The notes below the pieces were generated by a model. The model searched no databases. It was not told the origin of the DNA and saw nothing but the letters and a program-made list of their open reading frames with translations. From Octopus sinensis (taxonomy: Eukaryota): a stretch of 64,000 bases of DNA. A program made the translations under genes and the position numbers. This document shows positions 27,117 to 40,223 of the stretch, in pieces. The DNA lies in the NCBI RefSeq assembly GCF_006345805.1, contig NC_043002.1, forward strand, positions 26,598,001 through 26,662,000. The letters run 5' to 3'. The stretch's first letter is position 1; every line of letters starts with the position of its first letter.

Positions 27117-27890
27117 TTATGTTACTCTCTGCGTATATTCCACTGATGAAGCAAAGCATTTCTTACGCAGGGCCGTAAATCCGGGATCTGGATTTATCCA
27201 GTAATTTTTTGCTCGTTTATTTTGTCCTTTTGTCTTCTCTCCTGGTGCGGTATGAACATATAATGTGGTTTTAGAGTAAAGTTTTGGCTGCTAGTTCCAG
27301 CGTGGTGGTATCTCTTAGAAACTCTAAATTATAATTTTAATAATAATTATTACCTTTGAAGGATTTTTATTCCCATGCTGGCCACTTGATAAGATCGATA
27401 TTTAAATTAACAACCTTATCCTTATTTATATAAATTTATATATTTATTTCATCATTATATTTACTGCGGTGACATTTTGACCATATTGCACGAGGAGTTA
27501 TAGGCGGGCGATTTAAAGTGGTCGTCTGCATACGTGCATATATATGTATGTATACGTTCGTATATGTACGTATTCGTATGTTATATGTATATTTATGCGT
27601 ATTTATATTACTATCTGTGTATATGCCACTGATGAGGCAAAGCATTTCTTATGCATAGACAGAAATCTGGGATCTAGTTTATCTTATCCCTTTGTCTTAT
27701 CTCCTGGTGCTGTATGAACACTTAATGCGGTGTTAGAGTCAAGTTTTGGCTGCTGTTTCCAGCGTGGTGGTATCTCTTAGATACCCTAAATTATAATTTT
27801 AACAATAATTATTATCTTTGAAAGTTTTATATTCCCATGCTGGCTACTTGATAAGATCGATATTTAAATTAACGATCTTATCCTTATTTA
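26935..27890 (+). repeat. Diverged tandem duplication (~460-500 bp units) with degenerate hammerhead core
   Basis: Shared blocks ccactgatga.gcaaagcatttctta, ttttggctgct..ttccagcgtggtggtatctcttaga and ttcccatgctgg.cacttgataagatcgatatttaaattaac occur in 26935-27430 and 27475-27890. Confidence 0.85.
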
Positions 27891-27904
27891 TATAAATATA
27901 TATA

Positions 27905-28160
27905 TGTGTGTTTGTGTGTGTGTGTGTGTGTGGTGTGTGTGTGTGTCTTTCTGTCTGGGTTTTCCCTCCCACCTCTGCTTGACATCGATGTTGGTGTGTT
28001 TACGTTTGCGTAGCTGAGCGGTTCAGTAACGGTGACGATAAGATAAGTATCAGGCTTAGCAAAAAATATTAAGAACTGGGGTCGAGTCATTCGACTAAGA
28101 TGTATCCGAGGCGGTGATCCAGCATGGCCGCAGTCTTTCGGCTGAAAGAAGTAATACATA
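27905..28160 (+). mobile_element. SINE 3' half (family of 8045-8427)
   Basis: gcttgaca.cgatgttggtgtgtttacgt...ctggggtcga...gaggcggtgatccagcatggccgcagtc...gctgaaa. Confidence 0.75.
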
Positions 28161-28189
28161 CACTATAGAAATTGCGAGGTCAGGTGTTT

Positions 28190-28500
28190 AATAGATTACA
28201 GTATTCAACTGGTGTTTATTTTTCCGACACGAAAGTTTCAAAGGCAAAGTTGGCCTCGACAGAATTTGAACTCATAAGTAATGAGCTAGATGGATTGACT
28301 TTATGCATTTTGTCCAGTATGCTTACGTCTTTCCCAGCTAACCACCTTCATTAACTGAACAAGTTTAATACACCAAGATACAGAAATATGTTTTTAATAA
28401 AGGCACAACGTCGGAAATTTTGTGTAGCAGGGATCTTTATTTTAACATCCCGAAAGGATAAAAGACAATGTTGACTATGGCGAGATTTGAGCTAGCATGT
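28190..28500 (-). mobile_element. Decayed Nin-like SINE fragments
   Basis: aaaggcaaagttggcctcgacagaatttgaactc and cccgaaaggataaaagacaatgttgac, similar to 61335-61741. Confidence 0.6.
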
Positions 28501-28962
28501 AAAGAGTCGGAAATATTTTTTCTGAATGGTTGCTGTCTTGATTAACTCAAAAATAATAATACTCCGGTATATATGAATATGTGTTTTATAAATCAATCCT
28601 GAAATAGTACTGAGATCATATGTAGTTGATTTATTGTATCAACTAATATTTTATGCATATATCTCCAGAGAATTGGAGAAATATAGACGATATATTATAA
28701 GGTTATACAAAGGCGGGTTTGAATTATAATTTCTCAATCAATAAAATCAAAGACATGAGAGATCTTTGAAATCTTGAGCTAACAATGGAATCACTATATG
28801 GTCAATTGACCTACTAGAAATTACTGCTTACTTTTCTTTTATTTAAGCTCTAGCATGCTAGTAATTAAAGGACACATTGGAATATACCGACCGACATTAT
28901 TTGTATACGACTACAACTACTTCTACGCACTAATGTTGCTGGTGCTGCTGCTGCTACTACAA

Positions 28963-29001
<39 letters not shown>

Positions 29002-29288
29002 AAGGCTTTACAAACCAAACTAATATCTTCGTGGTCATTCTCCCTCAAATCCCTAAAGTTAGAATAAATAACGTCCTCATAGATAGCTTTTGGTTACAGT
29101 ATGAATATCTTTTCTTTTTATCAAACTCTGGTTCGATCAGGTCTGAACTGGGACTTAAATAAATACAATGTGCATCAAACTCGGAGGGAGGATCTGGCTG
29201 TAAATTCATCCTGCCATAAAGAAAAGAGCTTCATATCCTGAAGCTAAACTTTATCCTCTTAAAAATTGTAAAGACACATTGAATAATG

Positions 29289-29289
<1 letters not shown>

Positions 29290-29321
<32 letters not shown>

Positions 29322-29565
29322 CCGTTTAACGTCCGCTTTCAATGCTAGCATGGGTTGGACAGTTCGACCGGGGTTTCTACAGCTGGATGCCTTTCCTAAC
29401 GCCAACCACTCCGTGAGTGTAGTTGATGCTTTTTACGTGCCAGGAGAGGCTGGAAACGGCTACGATCGCTTGGTGCTTTTTACGTGCCACCGGCACGGAA
29501 GCCAGCCAAGGCGGCGCTGGCATCAGCCACATTCTGATGGTGCTTTTTACGTGCCGGAGCAGGGA
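29290..29565 (-). mobile_element. SINE 3' part with (GAT)n tail and internal short repeats
   Basis: The minus strand contains ttggcgttaggaaaggcatccagctgtagaaac, ends in aaacggtgatgatgatg..., and carries three copies of gctttttacgtgcc (plus strand). Confidence 0.7.
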
Positions 29566-30262
29566 CGAATTCGAGCGATTAATATAGTATAGACTATTCT
29601 GCCGGAATATAGAGAATCAAAAGCATAATTAAATATAAAATCGTCCGACAATGTTTTCAGCGGAAGATTAATTGGGAAAGGAATCTTCAACATAATGGTA
29701 TCAATATGCGTTTTATAGATCAATGCTAACTTCGTATTGGAAGAATACATATTTAATTTACTGCAACAACTAATATTTTATGTACAATATCCTCAGAGAA
29801 TAGCAGTTGCATCATTAGTCTGATGTTAGGTTATATGTAGGCATGTATAATCGATCTTAATTTTCAATCGATGAAAATCAAAGTTATGAGAGAAATATTG
29901 GTCACTGAAGCCAAACACAGAGACGCTATGCGATCGATCGAATTCCTCAAAGGAGTAACCAAATTACCCCCAGATTATAACGAACTGTATTAAAAGAAAC
30001 AAAACATTAGGGATTTGAGTTTATATATATATATACACACACATAAACATATGCATGTACATATATGTTTGCATATATGCGTACATACATACACGTACTC
30101 ATACATGAAGTGACACACATGCACACACGCATACATGCATCTATCTATCTATCTACCTATCTATCTATCTATCTATATATATATATATATATACATATAT
30201 ATAAATATGTATGTATACATATATATATATATATGTACTTATATATGTATATATACACATAT

Positions 30263-30299
<37 letters not shown>

Positions 30300-30560
30300 T
30301 TATTATTATTATATTATTATTATTATTTTATTATTATTATTATTTATCATCATATTTGCTGCAATGTTACATGAATGACTCAACCAGCGATTCATCCAGA
30401 ACATTTACCATATTTGATAATCGCCGTGGCTGGAAATTTACGCAAGCGAGTAACTTATATAATAATATACAAGGAATGGACATAAACTCTGCGGCGTATT
30501 ACTTGTTTATTATTGCACTTGAACATCCAAGCCTGCATGTATGTATGTACGTATGTATGC

Positions 30561-30597
<37 letters not shown>

Positions 30598-30634
30598 TAT
30601 ATATATGTATATATATATGAAATAATATATATAT

Positions 30635-30697
<63 letters not shown>

Positions 30698-30872
30698 AAT
30701 ATATATATATAATATATAAAAAAGTTGAGTTGTGGGGTATCGCACGAGTGGGATTATATTAGAAAAAAGGTTTGAAAATGCAATTTAAACGATGTTTATT
30801 TACTTAACCGGTTTCACTCTTTGGTAAAGATTGTCAAAAGTTACATTTAAGGAAACATTGAATAATATGGGT

Positions 30873-31005
30873 TCAAAAAAAAAGTTTTTACATAATTGTC
30901 ACATTGAATATTATGCATTCAAAAAAGTTTTTACATAATTGTCACATTGGATATTATGAATTCAAAAATGTTTTTTTATACATAATTGTCACATTACATG
31001 TATAA
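30873..31005 (+). repeat. Minisatellite, ~43-bp unit x3
   Basis: aaaaaagtttttacataattgtcacatt(g/a)..tattatg.attc is repeated. Confidence 0.85.
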
Positions 31006-31409
31006 ATATAGTGTTTGGTAACAGAGAAGTTCATAGTGTGATGAGAATATTTGGGAAAATTGGCAGAAAAGGATAAAACAAATATATTATTGGGAATTGG
31101 TTGCGTATTATTGGTTGTCGCAAATTGTCACATTACATGTATATATATACAATCTTCGGTATATATATACAGCCTTTTGACAGCAAAAATAAAATGGATT
31201 TTTTATACATCTCAGAATATTTTAAGTACAAGGCGAGAATATGTTTTTACTGACCTGTTGGTATTAGCAGTAAGGCTGAACTGAGAGAACAGAGGAAGTA
31301 GCCAATGTGGTGTATACTTCCCCTTTATGCATGAATGATTTGGGGTTATCAGGAGGTTAGTATGCGGGTGTGAATAGATGTGTCCGTGCCCGCTGGTCAG
31401 ATAGCGTCT

Positions 31410-32444
31410 GTTTGTCACACACATATACACACACACCACACAACACACAACAACAACACACACACACACACACATAGTAAACAAACACACACCACATACA
31501 AACAACACACACACACACAGAACACCACACACCCACACACAACGCACCACATATATCACATATACACACAGCACACAAATATAATATGTATCTATATATA
31601 ACATACACAGATATATAACACACTACACACACAACACCACACACCACACACACACACACAACACACGCACACATACATACATATATAAATATCACACAAA
31701 TACACCTAGCATATATATACCACACACAATACACACATACAGCATGTAAGTAATATACATACACAATATATGCATGCAATATACATACGCAGTACATACA
31801 TATAATATATATATAGACAATGCATATACATATATACACATATACATATAAATAGTGTTTACATACACATACATAGATGTACCACATATACACACAATAC
31901 ACATATACAACGCATACACATACACGTACGCATACATATAATATATATATACACACACACACACATAACATACATACACAATGTATACATATATATACAC
32001 GCAATGCACATACATGTATTCATGCATATATAGCACACATACAATATACATATATACACTGCACACATACACACACATATATACACTTAATTGTACACAT
32101 ACAATAAATACACATACATACAATATACATATACAAAATGCGCATGCAAATAATGTACATGTTTATACACACATAAACAAGCAAAATATATACACACACA
32201 CACATACACACATACACATATATACACATATATATATATATATATATACACATACATACATACATGCACATACATATATTTTTTCACACACATACACATA
32301 CATATATATATATATAAAAAATTCACCCCCCCCACACACAAATTACAACCTATAGCGTACACACTCAAATATATCTCTACATGCCGCACACACACACAAA
32401 CAAAGTACTAACATATACACACATACCATGCATATACACACACA

Positions 32445-32482
<38 letters not shown>

Positions 32483-32770
32483 TTAAAAACAAATACACAT
32501 GTAAATACATACATACGTACACAATGCTCACACACACACACATACACACACACCCGTACACAGTGCACACACACACACATATATACACACGTGCACACAC
32601 ACATACACACAACGCGCGCGCACGCACACACATACACACACACGCACACAGTGCACACACACACACACATATATATATACACCCGCGCACACACACACAC
32701 ACAACGTGCACACCACACACACACACAACACTCACACACATACATCACCTACATATATATAATGCATGCG
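31410..32770. repeat. Long heterogeneous AC/ACAT-rich cryptic satellite
   Basis: ~1.35 kb of imperfect CA/TA/CAT motifs, strongly G-poor on the plus strand. Confidence 0.85.
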
Positions 32771-32913
32771 TGTGCATGCCACGTATGTGTGCGGTCAATG
32801 CCCGCTAGTGTGTCCTATGCGTGCCGATGCGCGCATGTGCCCGCCCGCACGATATGCTGTGAGCGTGCGCGCGTCCCTGTGTGCTTGCTCTGGATGTGTT
32901 TCCAGGGGGTATG

Positions 32914-35455
32914 TTAGAGTATGTTTAGTTGTGGTCTGTATTTTTGAATAAGATTACTTTCCTTATTTATTCGTGTTTGGTCTGTGGTGTTGTCCGAGCA
33001 TTGGTATAGTGGGAAGACTAAGAATTTGGGGGACTTATTGTGTGCACAAAGGTCTAAGTGTCCACTTAGTGGTATCTGTCTTGTGGAGGGGTCCCTCAGT
33101 TGTTGTCGGTGAACTGTCATTCTGTCTCTGAGGGTAAGGCTCGTTTGCCCTATGTAATCTTCGTGGCATCCTTCACACCTTATGACGTAGAGTAAATTTT
33201 TTGATGCGCACGTGAAATTATTTTTTATGATGAATGTGTGTCCCGAGTGGAACTTGTACGATGATCCCTCAATGAGGTGGATGCAGGTCTTGCAGTTGGG
33301 GGCGACCACATTTTTTGATGGTGGGCGGTGGGTTTGTGTTGTGTAATTTTGCGTTGGTGAGGAGGTTTTTTAGGGATTTAGGTTGTCTCTTACTTTTTAT
33401 TATTTTATGAGCTGCCAGTATTTTTTTCAGGCGTGGGTCTTGATTTAGTTGTGGAATGTTGTTGTATATAATAGTGTAAGCTTCTGCATTCCTTGAGTTG
33501 TGTGTGAGAGATAAGGGAGGCTATTGACTGTACTGTGGATGTGTTTGGGTTTTCGAAGGTCTTGAATGTTGATGATTGGCCCGTTCTATTCTGTTGTCTA
33601 CTAGTGATGCCGGTAATGGTCATGTCTTTCGAGAAGAATTGCCTTAGTTCCCGGAGTCTTCTATTTCGTGTTGTGTCATTTGAGACAATAGTGCAGATTC
33701 TTCTCGCTAGGTTGAAGGGGGATTTTGTCTTTGTGTGTTTTGGGTGATTGGAGGTGAATAGAAGGTATTGTTTAGAGTCAGTGGGTTTGTAATGGATGTC
33801 AGTTTCAATGTTGACGCCTTTTTAATGATTAGGATGTCAAGAAAAGGGAGTTGGTCCTGACTATATTCCATTGTGAATTGAATGTTGTTATTTACACTGT
33901 TGATAAGGTTTTTGAAGTCTATAAGTTGGTCGAGTGTGTGGGACCATAGGATGAGGCAATCATCTAAGTAGCGTTTCCAGTTCTCCAACAGGTATTTGTG
34001 GAAAGACTGGCCGTACTTATATTTGGATTTTTCATAGATATGTGATTCCAGGTAGGCCATCACCAGGTTTGCATAGGTAGGTGCAACTTTCGTACCCATT
34101 GCAGTACCTGAGACCTGTCTGTAAGTGTTGTTGTGGAAATACATGAAGTTGTTTTGCAGAATAAATTTGAGGCCCTCAATTATGAATTCTTTTTTAATTC
34201 TTTCCGGGATCTCATTGGGATATTTATCCAGCCAGAATTTAATGGCTTCCAGTCCAAATTCATGTGGGTTGTGGTGTAAAGATTAGATAATAACATCAAA
34301 AGAAACGATTAAGGTGTCTTTATCGGCATGTTTGGGGAGATGGTTTAATAGGTCCAGGTCATCTCTTACAATACTTGGAATGTGTTTCAGTATTGGCTTT
34401 AAGATGATATCTATAAAGTTCCTAAGTCTGTGTGTTTCACAACTTGGGCCTGCCACTATTGGTCTCAGTTTGAGATCAGGGGATGTGGTATAGTGATGCA
34501 GGTTGAAGTGGACTTTTTGCAAGCTTCTGTGATAATTTGACTCTTGTGTATTTTTGGAAGCCCATAGAGTGTGCTGGTTTTGCAATTAATTAGTAATGTA
34601 GTCGCATTCCTTTGCTGTCAAGTCATTCCGGTGTTGGTAAATGAGTGCCTTCAGATTGGTCATTGTTTTGGATTGCTGGTAGTCGACTACTTTCGTAGTA
34701 TGTGGTATCCTCTAAAAGGAGAGATACAGAGTTTTTATATTGCTCAGTATTCATAACAACGACCGTACTACCCTTATCAGCTTCCTTTATTGTGACGTCA
34801 TGATTGTCTCGTAGCGTATGGATGATTTCCCATTCTCTTTTACTGGTGTTGGGTTTGAGTTTAGGTTGGGGAGTTCACCATAAGGGAAGTTGGAGATGTA
34901 ATCGCAAAATTTGTCTAAGGTTTTGTTTTTGCCTTTTATGGGATTATAGTTGCTTTTGTTACAGACCATTGATTCGTCGATATTATTAGTTTTCCTGTCA
35001 AAAATTCCTCTGTGAGGCGTAATTTTCTGCAAAAGTGCGAGATGTCATCCTGTATTTCCCTCAGGTTAGGGTATTGCGGAGTTGGGTGAATTTTAGTCCT
35101 CTTGAAGGATTTTTTATTTGTGGTGTCGACAGGTTTAGGTTAGAAAGATTCACTATTTTTGGTTTTTCGGGGTTGGTATCTACCATCTGGTGTCGTGGAA
35201 ACTGATGCCCTTGCCTAAAAAAGGAATCCTGGGGGTTCTTCTATTTGCGGTATTTTGCTGTATGTGATTCTGTCCCCCGTTGACATGTCTGTTGAAGAGG
35301 TTTTGATTGTTGTGATTCTGTCCCCCGTTGCTATGTTGTCTGTTGAGGAGGTTTTGGTTGTTCCAGGGTCTGGGTTGTTGGTGTGGCCTCCTGGAAGAGT
35401 TTTGGTTATTCCAGGGTTTGGGTTATGTGAAATAGAAAGATGAATAATCTTGTAG
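32914..35455 (-). mobile_element. Penelope-like element (Neptune-type), frameshifted RT + GIY-YIG ORF
   Basis: KVH..PDLKLRPIVAGPSCETHRL..FIDIILKP..IVSFDV (34283-34585); YRQVSGTAMGTKVAPTYANLVM..WKRYLDDC..LPFLDI (33707-34144); PNCKTC..FTCASKNLLYVIRCEGCHEDYIGQT..LRDRMTVHRQQ..H..KYRPQLN (32914-33309). Confidence 0.92.
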
Positions 35456-35578
35456 TAGATTAATCAAAAGTTTATATATATATATATATACACACACACA
35501 AACATATGCATGTACATATATGTTTGCATATATGCGTACATACATACGTACTCATACATGAAGTACTCATACATGAAG

Positions 35579-35609
<31 letters not shown>

Positions 35610-35745
35610 TATATATATATATATCTATATATAATATATATATATCCATATATAAAGGCAAAGTTTACGAAAATAAACAAAAGACGAAGGCAGGTGGTGT
35701 ACAAACAAACAAATGTATTAGTGTACCGCTCAGGAATAGAAAAAG

Positions 35746-35782
35746 TCTTTTACGTTTCGAGCCCACGCTCTTCCACAAAAAT
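35746..35782 (-). ncRNA. Hammerhead-like motif in pLTR-like segment upstream of the Neptune element
   Basis: UUU-UUGUGGA-A-GAGC gugg GCUC-GAAA-CGU-A-AAAGA. Perfect stem II, palindromic ACGU stem III and GUA triplet. The core deviates from CUGANGA at C3 and A6. Confidence 0.55.
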
Positions 35783-35845
35783 ACACAGAAATAAACGAGA
35801 GAAACAAGGAGAGAAAAACAATGCGTGTAGAAGCTAACGATCTAT

Positions 35846-35989
35846 CAGGAATGGCTGAGTGGTAAGAAGCTTGCTTCCGAACCACGTGGTTCCGGGTTCA
35901 CTTCCTCTGCGTGGCACTTTGGGCAAGTGTCTTTAACTATAGCTTCGGGCCGACCAAATCTTTATCAGTGGAAACTGAAAGAAACACGT

Positions 35990-35990
<1 letters not shown>
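35846..35990 (+). mobile_element. SINE 5' fragment (family of 8045-8427)
   Basis: caggaatggctgagtggtaagaagcttgcttcc..ggttccgggttca..ggcactttgggcaagtgtc..cgggccgaccaaa. Confidence 0.85.
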
Positions 35991-36079
<89 letters not shown>

Positions 36080-36391
36080 CACATACGTATGTGTGTGTAT
36101 GTGCGTCTTCTCGCTCTGCACAGAGATACACGTGTGCGAGTGAGTGTGCAAGGTGATTCGGATATCCCATAACGTTTAGAAAAGTGGTTAACAAATATCA
36201 CCATAAGTATCATCAGAACATCTTAATGTACATCCTTCATGCCCTCTTTATACCCTCCATCACATATCGCATCTCCTCGCCATAATCTCCCACCACGTCT
36301 TCACTGCTACTCCAATCACTCGTATATCGCACAGCTCCGTAACTCGACTTAATTAATCTATTGCCCGACACTTCGTACTGTCAGACGTCCA

Positions 36392-37101
36392 AACTACCTC
36401 AGTGATGAGAGCTAGTCGTGTTCATACATTAAAATAGGGTTACTATTACATTGTGTTACTTTTAGGACAATAAATATTCTCTCAGCTTTGTTTAAACCAA
36501 ATGAAACGAAACATATATTTACATACATATGTACATACATACATACACACATACATACATGCGTACGTATGTGTGCATACATACATGCGTACGTATGTGT
36601 GTGTCTGCGTGTGTCTGTGTGTGCCTATGTGTGCCTCTTTTAATAGTATAAAAATATAGAGGGTAAAATCTTAGCAAATTAAAGAAAGAAAATAGAATGC
36701 TAATTCTGAATCGACCTGAATGCACACGCAGGCACAGACCAAAATAAATAGGCACGAATAGACATACAAACACTTATGAAGACACAACAAAAACACACAC
36801 ACAGATACCCATGTTTATTTCAATGTCATCCCTGACTTACGGAACGATTACCTGTGTGTGTTTTTGTTGTGTATGTGTGTGCGCGTGTGTGTGTGTGTTA
36901 TTGTTGTGTAAGAAACACACACATACGTACGCATGTATGTATGTATGTGTGTTTGTATGTACATATGTATGTAAATATATATGGCGTTTCATTTGGTTTA
37001 AACAAAACTGAGAGAATATTTATTGTCCTAAAAGTAACACAATGTAATAGTAACCCTATTTTAATGTATGAACACGACTAGCTCTCATAACTGAGGTAGT
37101 T
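36392..37101. repeat. Inverted duplication (arms 36392-36575 / 36918-37101)
   Basis: aactacctcagtgatgagagctagtcgtgttcatacattaaaatagggttac... is mirrored almost exactly, with a ~340-bp spacer. Confidence 0.95.
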
Positions 37102-37644
37102 TTTCCGCGTGGAAACCGTAAAAAAAAAATTGATGTCCTGCAAAAGCGGAACGAATACGAACATGTTTTAAAAGTAAAAAATATCGTTAATATTTTTATT
37201 GGGAGACGAAATTCATCGATTTAAGAGATATAGCTGTTATTTCTAGCACTTACAGAAGACAGAAGTGATGGATGAATAACACGTGTGCGTGTGTATGTGT
37301 GTGCTGTTTACTGAGACGCAGCAAATGAATTTAGGTCAAATGCTGGGATTTCATTGGTTAAAATTCGAAGAATTAAACTACGTAAAAGTTACAAAATACA
37401 ATTTTCTCAAAAAAATTAGTTGAAATTAATGTTTTCTTTTGACACATTCTACCAGTATACGAAGTTTCAAATTGTTTAGTTAACTAGAAAATTCTGCCCA
37501 TCTGTTAGAAAAAATCCATGTATATATATATATATATTATATATATATCATATATCTATATATCTATCTATATATATATATATGTTATATATATATATAT
37601 ATATAAACAAAAGAGAGGGGTTGTTTCCACGTAGGAAAAGATAT

Positions 37645-39560
37645 AGGAAAACGTGTCGTTGAAAATGCATCTAAATTTAAAAAACACGTAAATGTTTAAA
37701 ATACATTTATTTACATATACACAAAACTAGTTTCAACAATATTTTTTTGTTTATCAATGGTAAAAGTTTAAAATTATAAGGTTTCAACGTTGACAAACTA
37801 AAATGTTTGATTGTTGACAAATTAAAATGTTTCAATTTTGATAACTTAACATATTCAAAACAGGATGTGTAAGTTTGAATGTTCACAGCAGTCAATGAAA
37901 TAAATACTGTATATCATTTTTCTTGAATGTACAAAGTTTATTAATTTTAGTCATACTTAACAAGTGTGAAATGAAAATACTAAAGACAAAAGGGTATTTG
38001 GTTTACATTTTCTCTGATCCTCTTCTAGTAGACGCTTTCGCTCGTAGTGGTATGTTTTGGGATCAGATGAATTTATAATTTTTTTTCTGCGAGCGGATTT
38101 CATTTTTGATTACTTAAAATACTGGTGACGTTTTTTTTCCGTGTCAAACTTGTCGTTCTGCTTGGTTGGTTTACTTCTCGATACGGTCATAAGTCGTTCC
38201 GGTTGGTTGGTTCTCTTGTATTCGCTGAAGTTCGGTTTTGATTGGTCTGGAGTTTAGGTGACTTCAGCGTCTATTAGAAGAGGATCAGAGAAACTGTAAA
38301 CCAAATTCCCCTTTTTTCTTGCTATTTTCATTTCACTGGTTTTTTTTTCAGTATGATTTGCCCACGACCACTAAAATCAAAGAATTTTATACATTCAAAA
38401 CATTCATATACACTTTAAATTTTATTGACTGCTATGACCATTCAAATTTACACCTGTTTTGAACATGTTAATGTATCAACATTGAAACATTTTAATTTGT
38501 CAACATTGAAACTTTTAAAGATGTTTTTCTAATTTTAAACTTTTACCATTGATAAACAAAACATATTGTTGAAACTAGTTTGGTATATATGTAAATTAAT
38601 GTATTTTATACATTTACGAGTTTTTGATATTTAGGTATATTCTCAACGACACATTTTCCTACCTTTTTTCCTGAATATCCTTTAGAAAGACGAGAAAGCA
38701 GTAAAAAGAAAAGACAAAAGACTCAATTTCAATACAAAAAGAAAAAACACCAACCAAGAACAACAAAAACAATTTTCAAAATCACTTTAGTAACAATCTT
38801 CCACCCGGGTTCTGAAACCGCAACTCCAAATCACCATACAAACACCAGTGGCCGAAATTACAAGCCTCCATTCCAATGAAACTCTACAAACACTAGTTGC
38901 TGATGTCACCTAACTCCAGACCAATCAAAACCGAACTTCAGCGATTACAAAGAAATAACGCTTTAAGAGAACCAACCAACCGGAACGAATTATGACCGTA
39001 TCGAGAAGTAAACCAACCAAGCAGAACGACAAGTCTGACAGGGAAAAAAAAAACGTCACCAGTATTTTAACTAATCAAAAATTAGATGCGCACGCAGGAT
39101 TATAAATTATAAAAATTATAACTTCATCTGATCCGAAAGTGAAAGCGTCTATTAGAAGTGGTTCAGAGAAACTGTAAATCAAATTCCCTTTTTTTCACTA
39201 CTTTCATGTCACATTTGTTTTTTGCAGCATGACTTCTCGACCACCACTAAAATTAATGAACTTTGTACATTCGAATAAAATAATATACAGTTTTAATTTT
39301 ATTGACTGCTATGAACATTCAAACTTACATCTTCTGTTTTGAACATGTTAATTTATCAACATTGAAACATTTTAGTTTGTCAACATTGAAACCTTTTAAT
39401 TTGTCAACACCGAAACTTTTAATGATGGTTTTTCTAATTTTAAACTTTTACCATTGATACGCCCTAAAATATTGTTGAAACTAGTTTAATATATATGTAA
39501 ATTAATGCATTTTAAACATTTACGAGTTTTTGAAATTTAGGTGCATTTTCAACAACACAA
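37645..39560 (+). mobile_element. Non-autonomous Penelope-derived composite: inverted copy + two direct terminal repeats around a short ORF relic
   Basis: A ~390-bp unit occurs reversed at 37645-38035 and forward at 38268-38660 and ~39143-39560. Segment 38090-38265 is the inverse of ~38900-39090. The middle encodes a relic LVTIFHPG...KHQWPKLQ resembling the PLE RT-EN linker. Confidence 0.7.
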
Positions 39561-39563
39561 TTT

Positions 39564-39623
<60 letters not shown>

Positions 39624-39672
39624 ATATATATATATATATATGTATGTATGTATATATATATATATATATATA

Positions 39673-39716
<44 letters not shown>

Positions 39717-39798
39717 ATATAGATACATACATACATACACACCACACACACAAATATATATATATATATATACATACATATACTATACATATATATAT

Positions 39799-39845
<47 letters not shown>

Positions 39846-40223
39846 TTAGCCGCGTATGCCTATGTGTGTGTGTTGGAGTTGCAGTGCACGCAAGGGAAAC
39901 TATATGTATTTGTCATTTAAATATGAGTAATACGCCAAAATATTATCAATCATTCTATCTGTCGATCCGAAATTAAATAAATGAATCGAAATTGGATTAA
40001 ATAAAAGCAGGTACTGTAAATTGAAGTTTGAAATACAGAATAATGCCGATATTAGATTATGAAATAAAATTACCTTCACTTAAGAAAAGGGAACACAAAG
40101 ATGTAAAGTGTGTGTGTGCGTATGATTCATGTGGTGTGTGTGTGTGTGTGTTTGTGTGTGTGTGGTGCATGTGTATATACATGTGTATAACTAAGCCTAT
40201 ACATGCATACGTACACACACACA

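Noticed and set aside
30873-31005. Regular ~43-bp repeats suggestive of a CRISPR array
   Set aside because: No unique spacers, eukaryotic context and no cas genes. This is a minisatellite.
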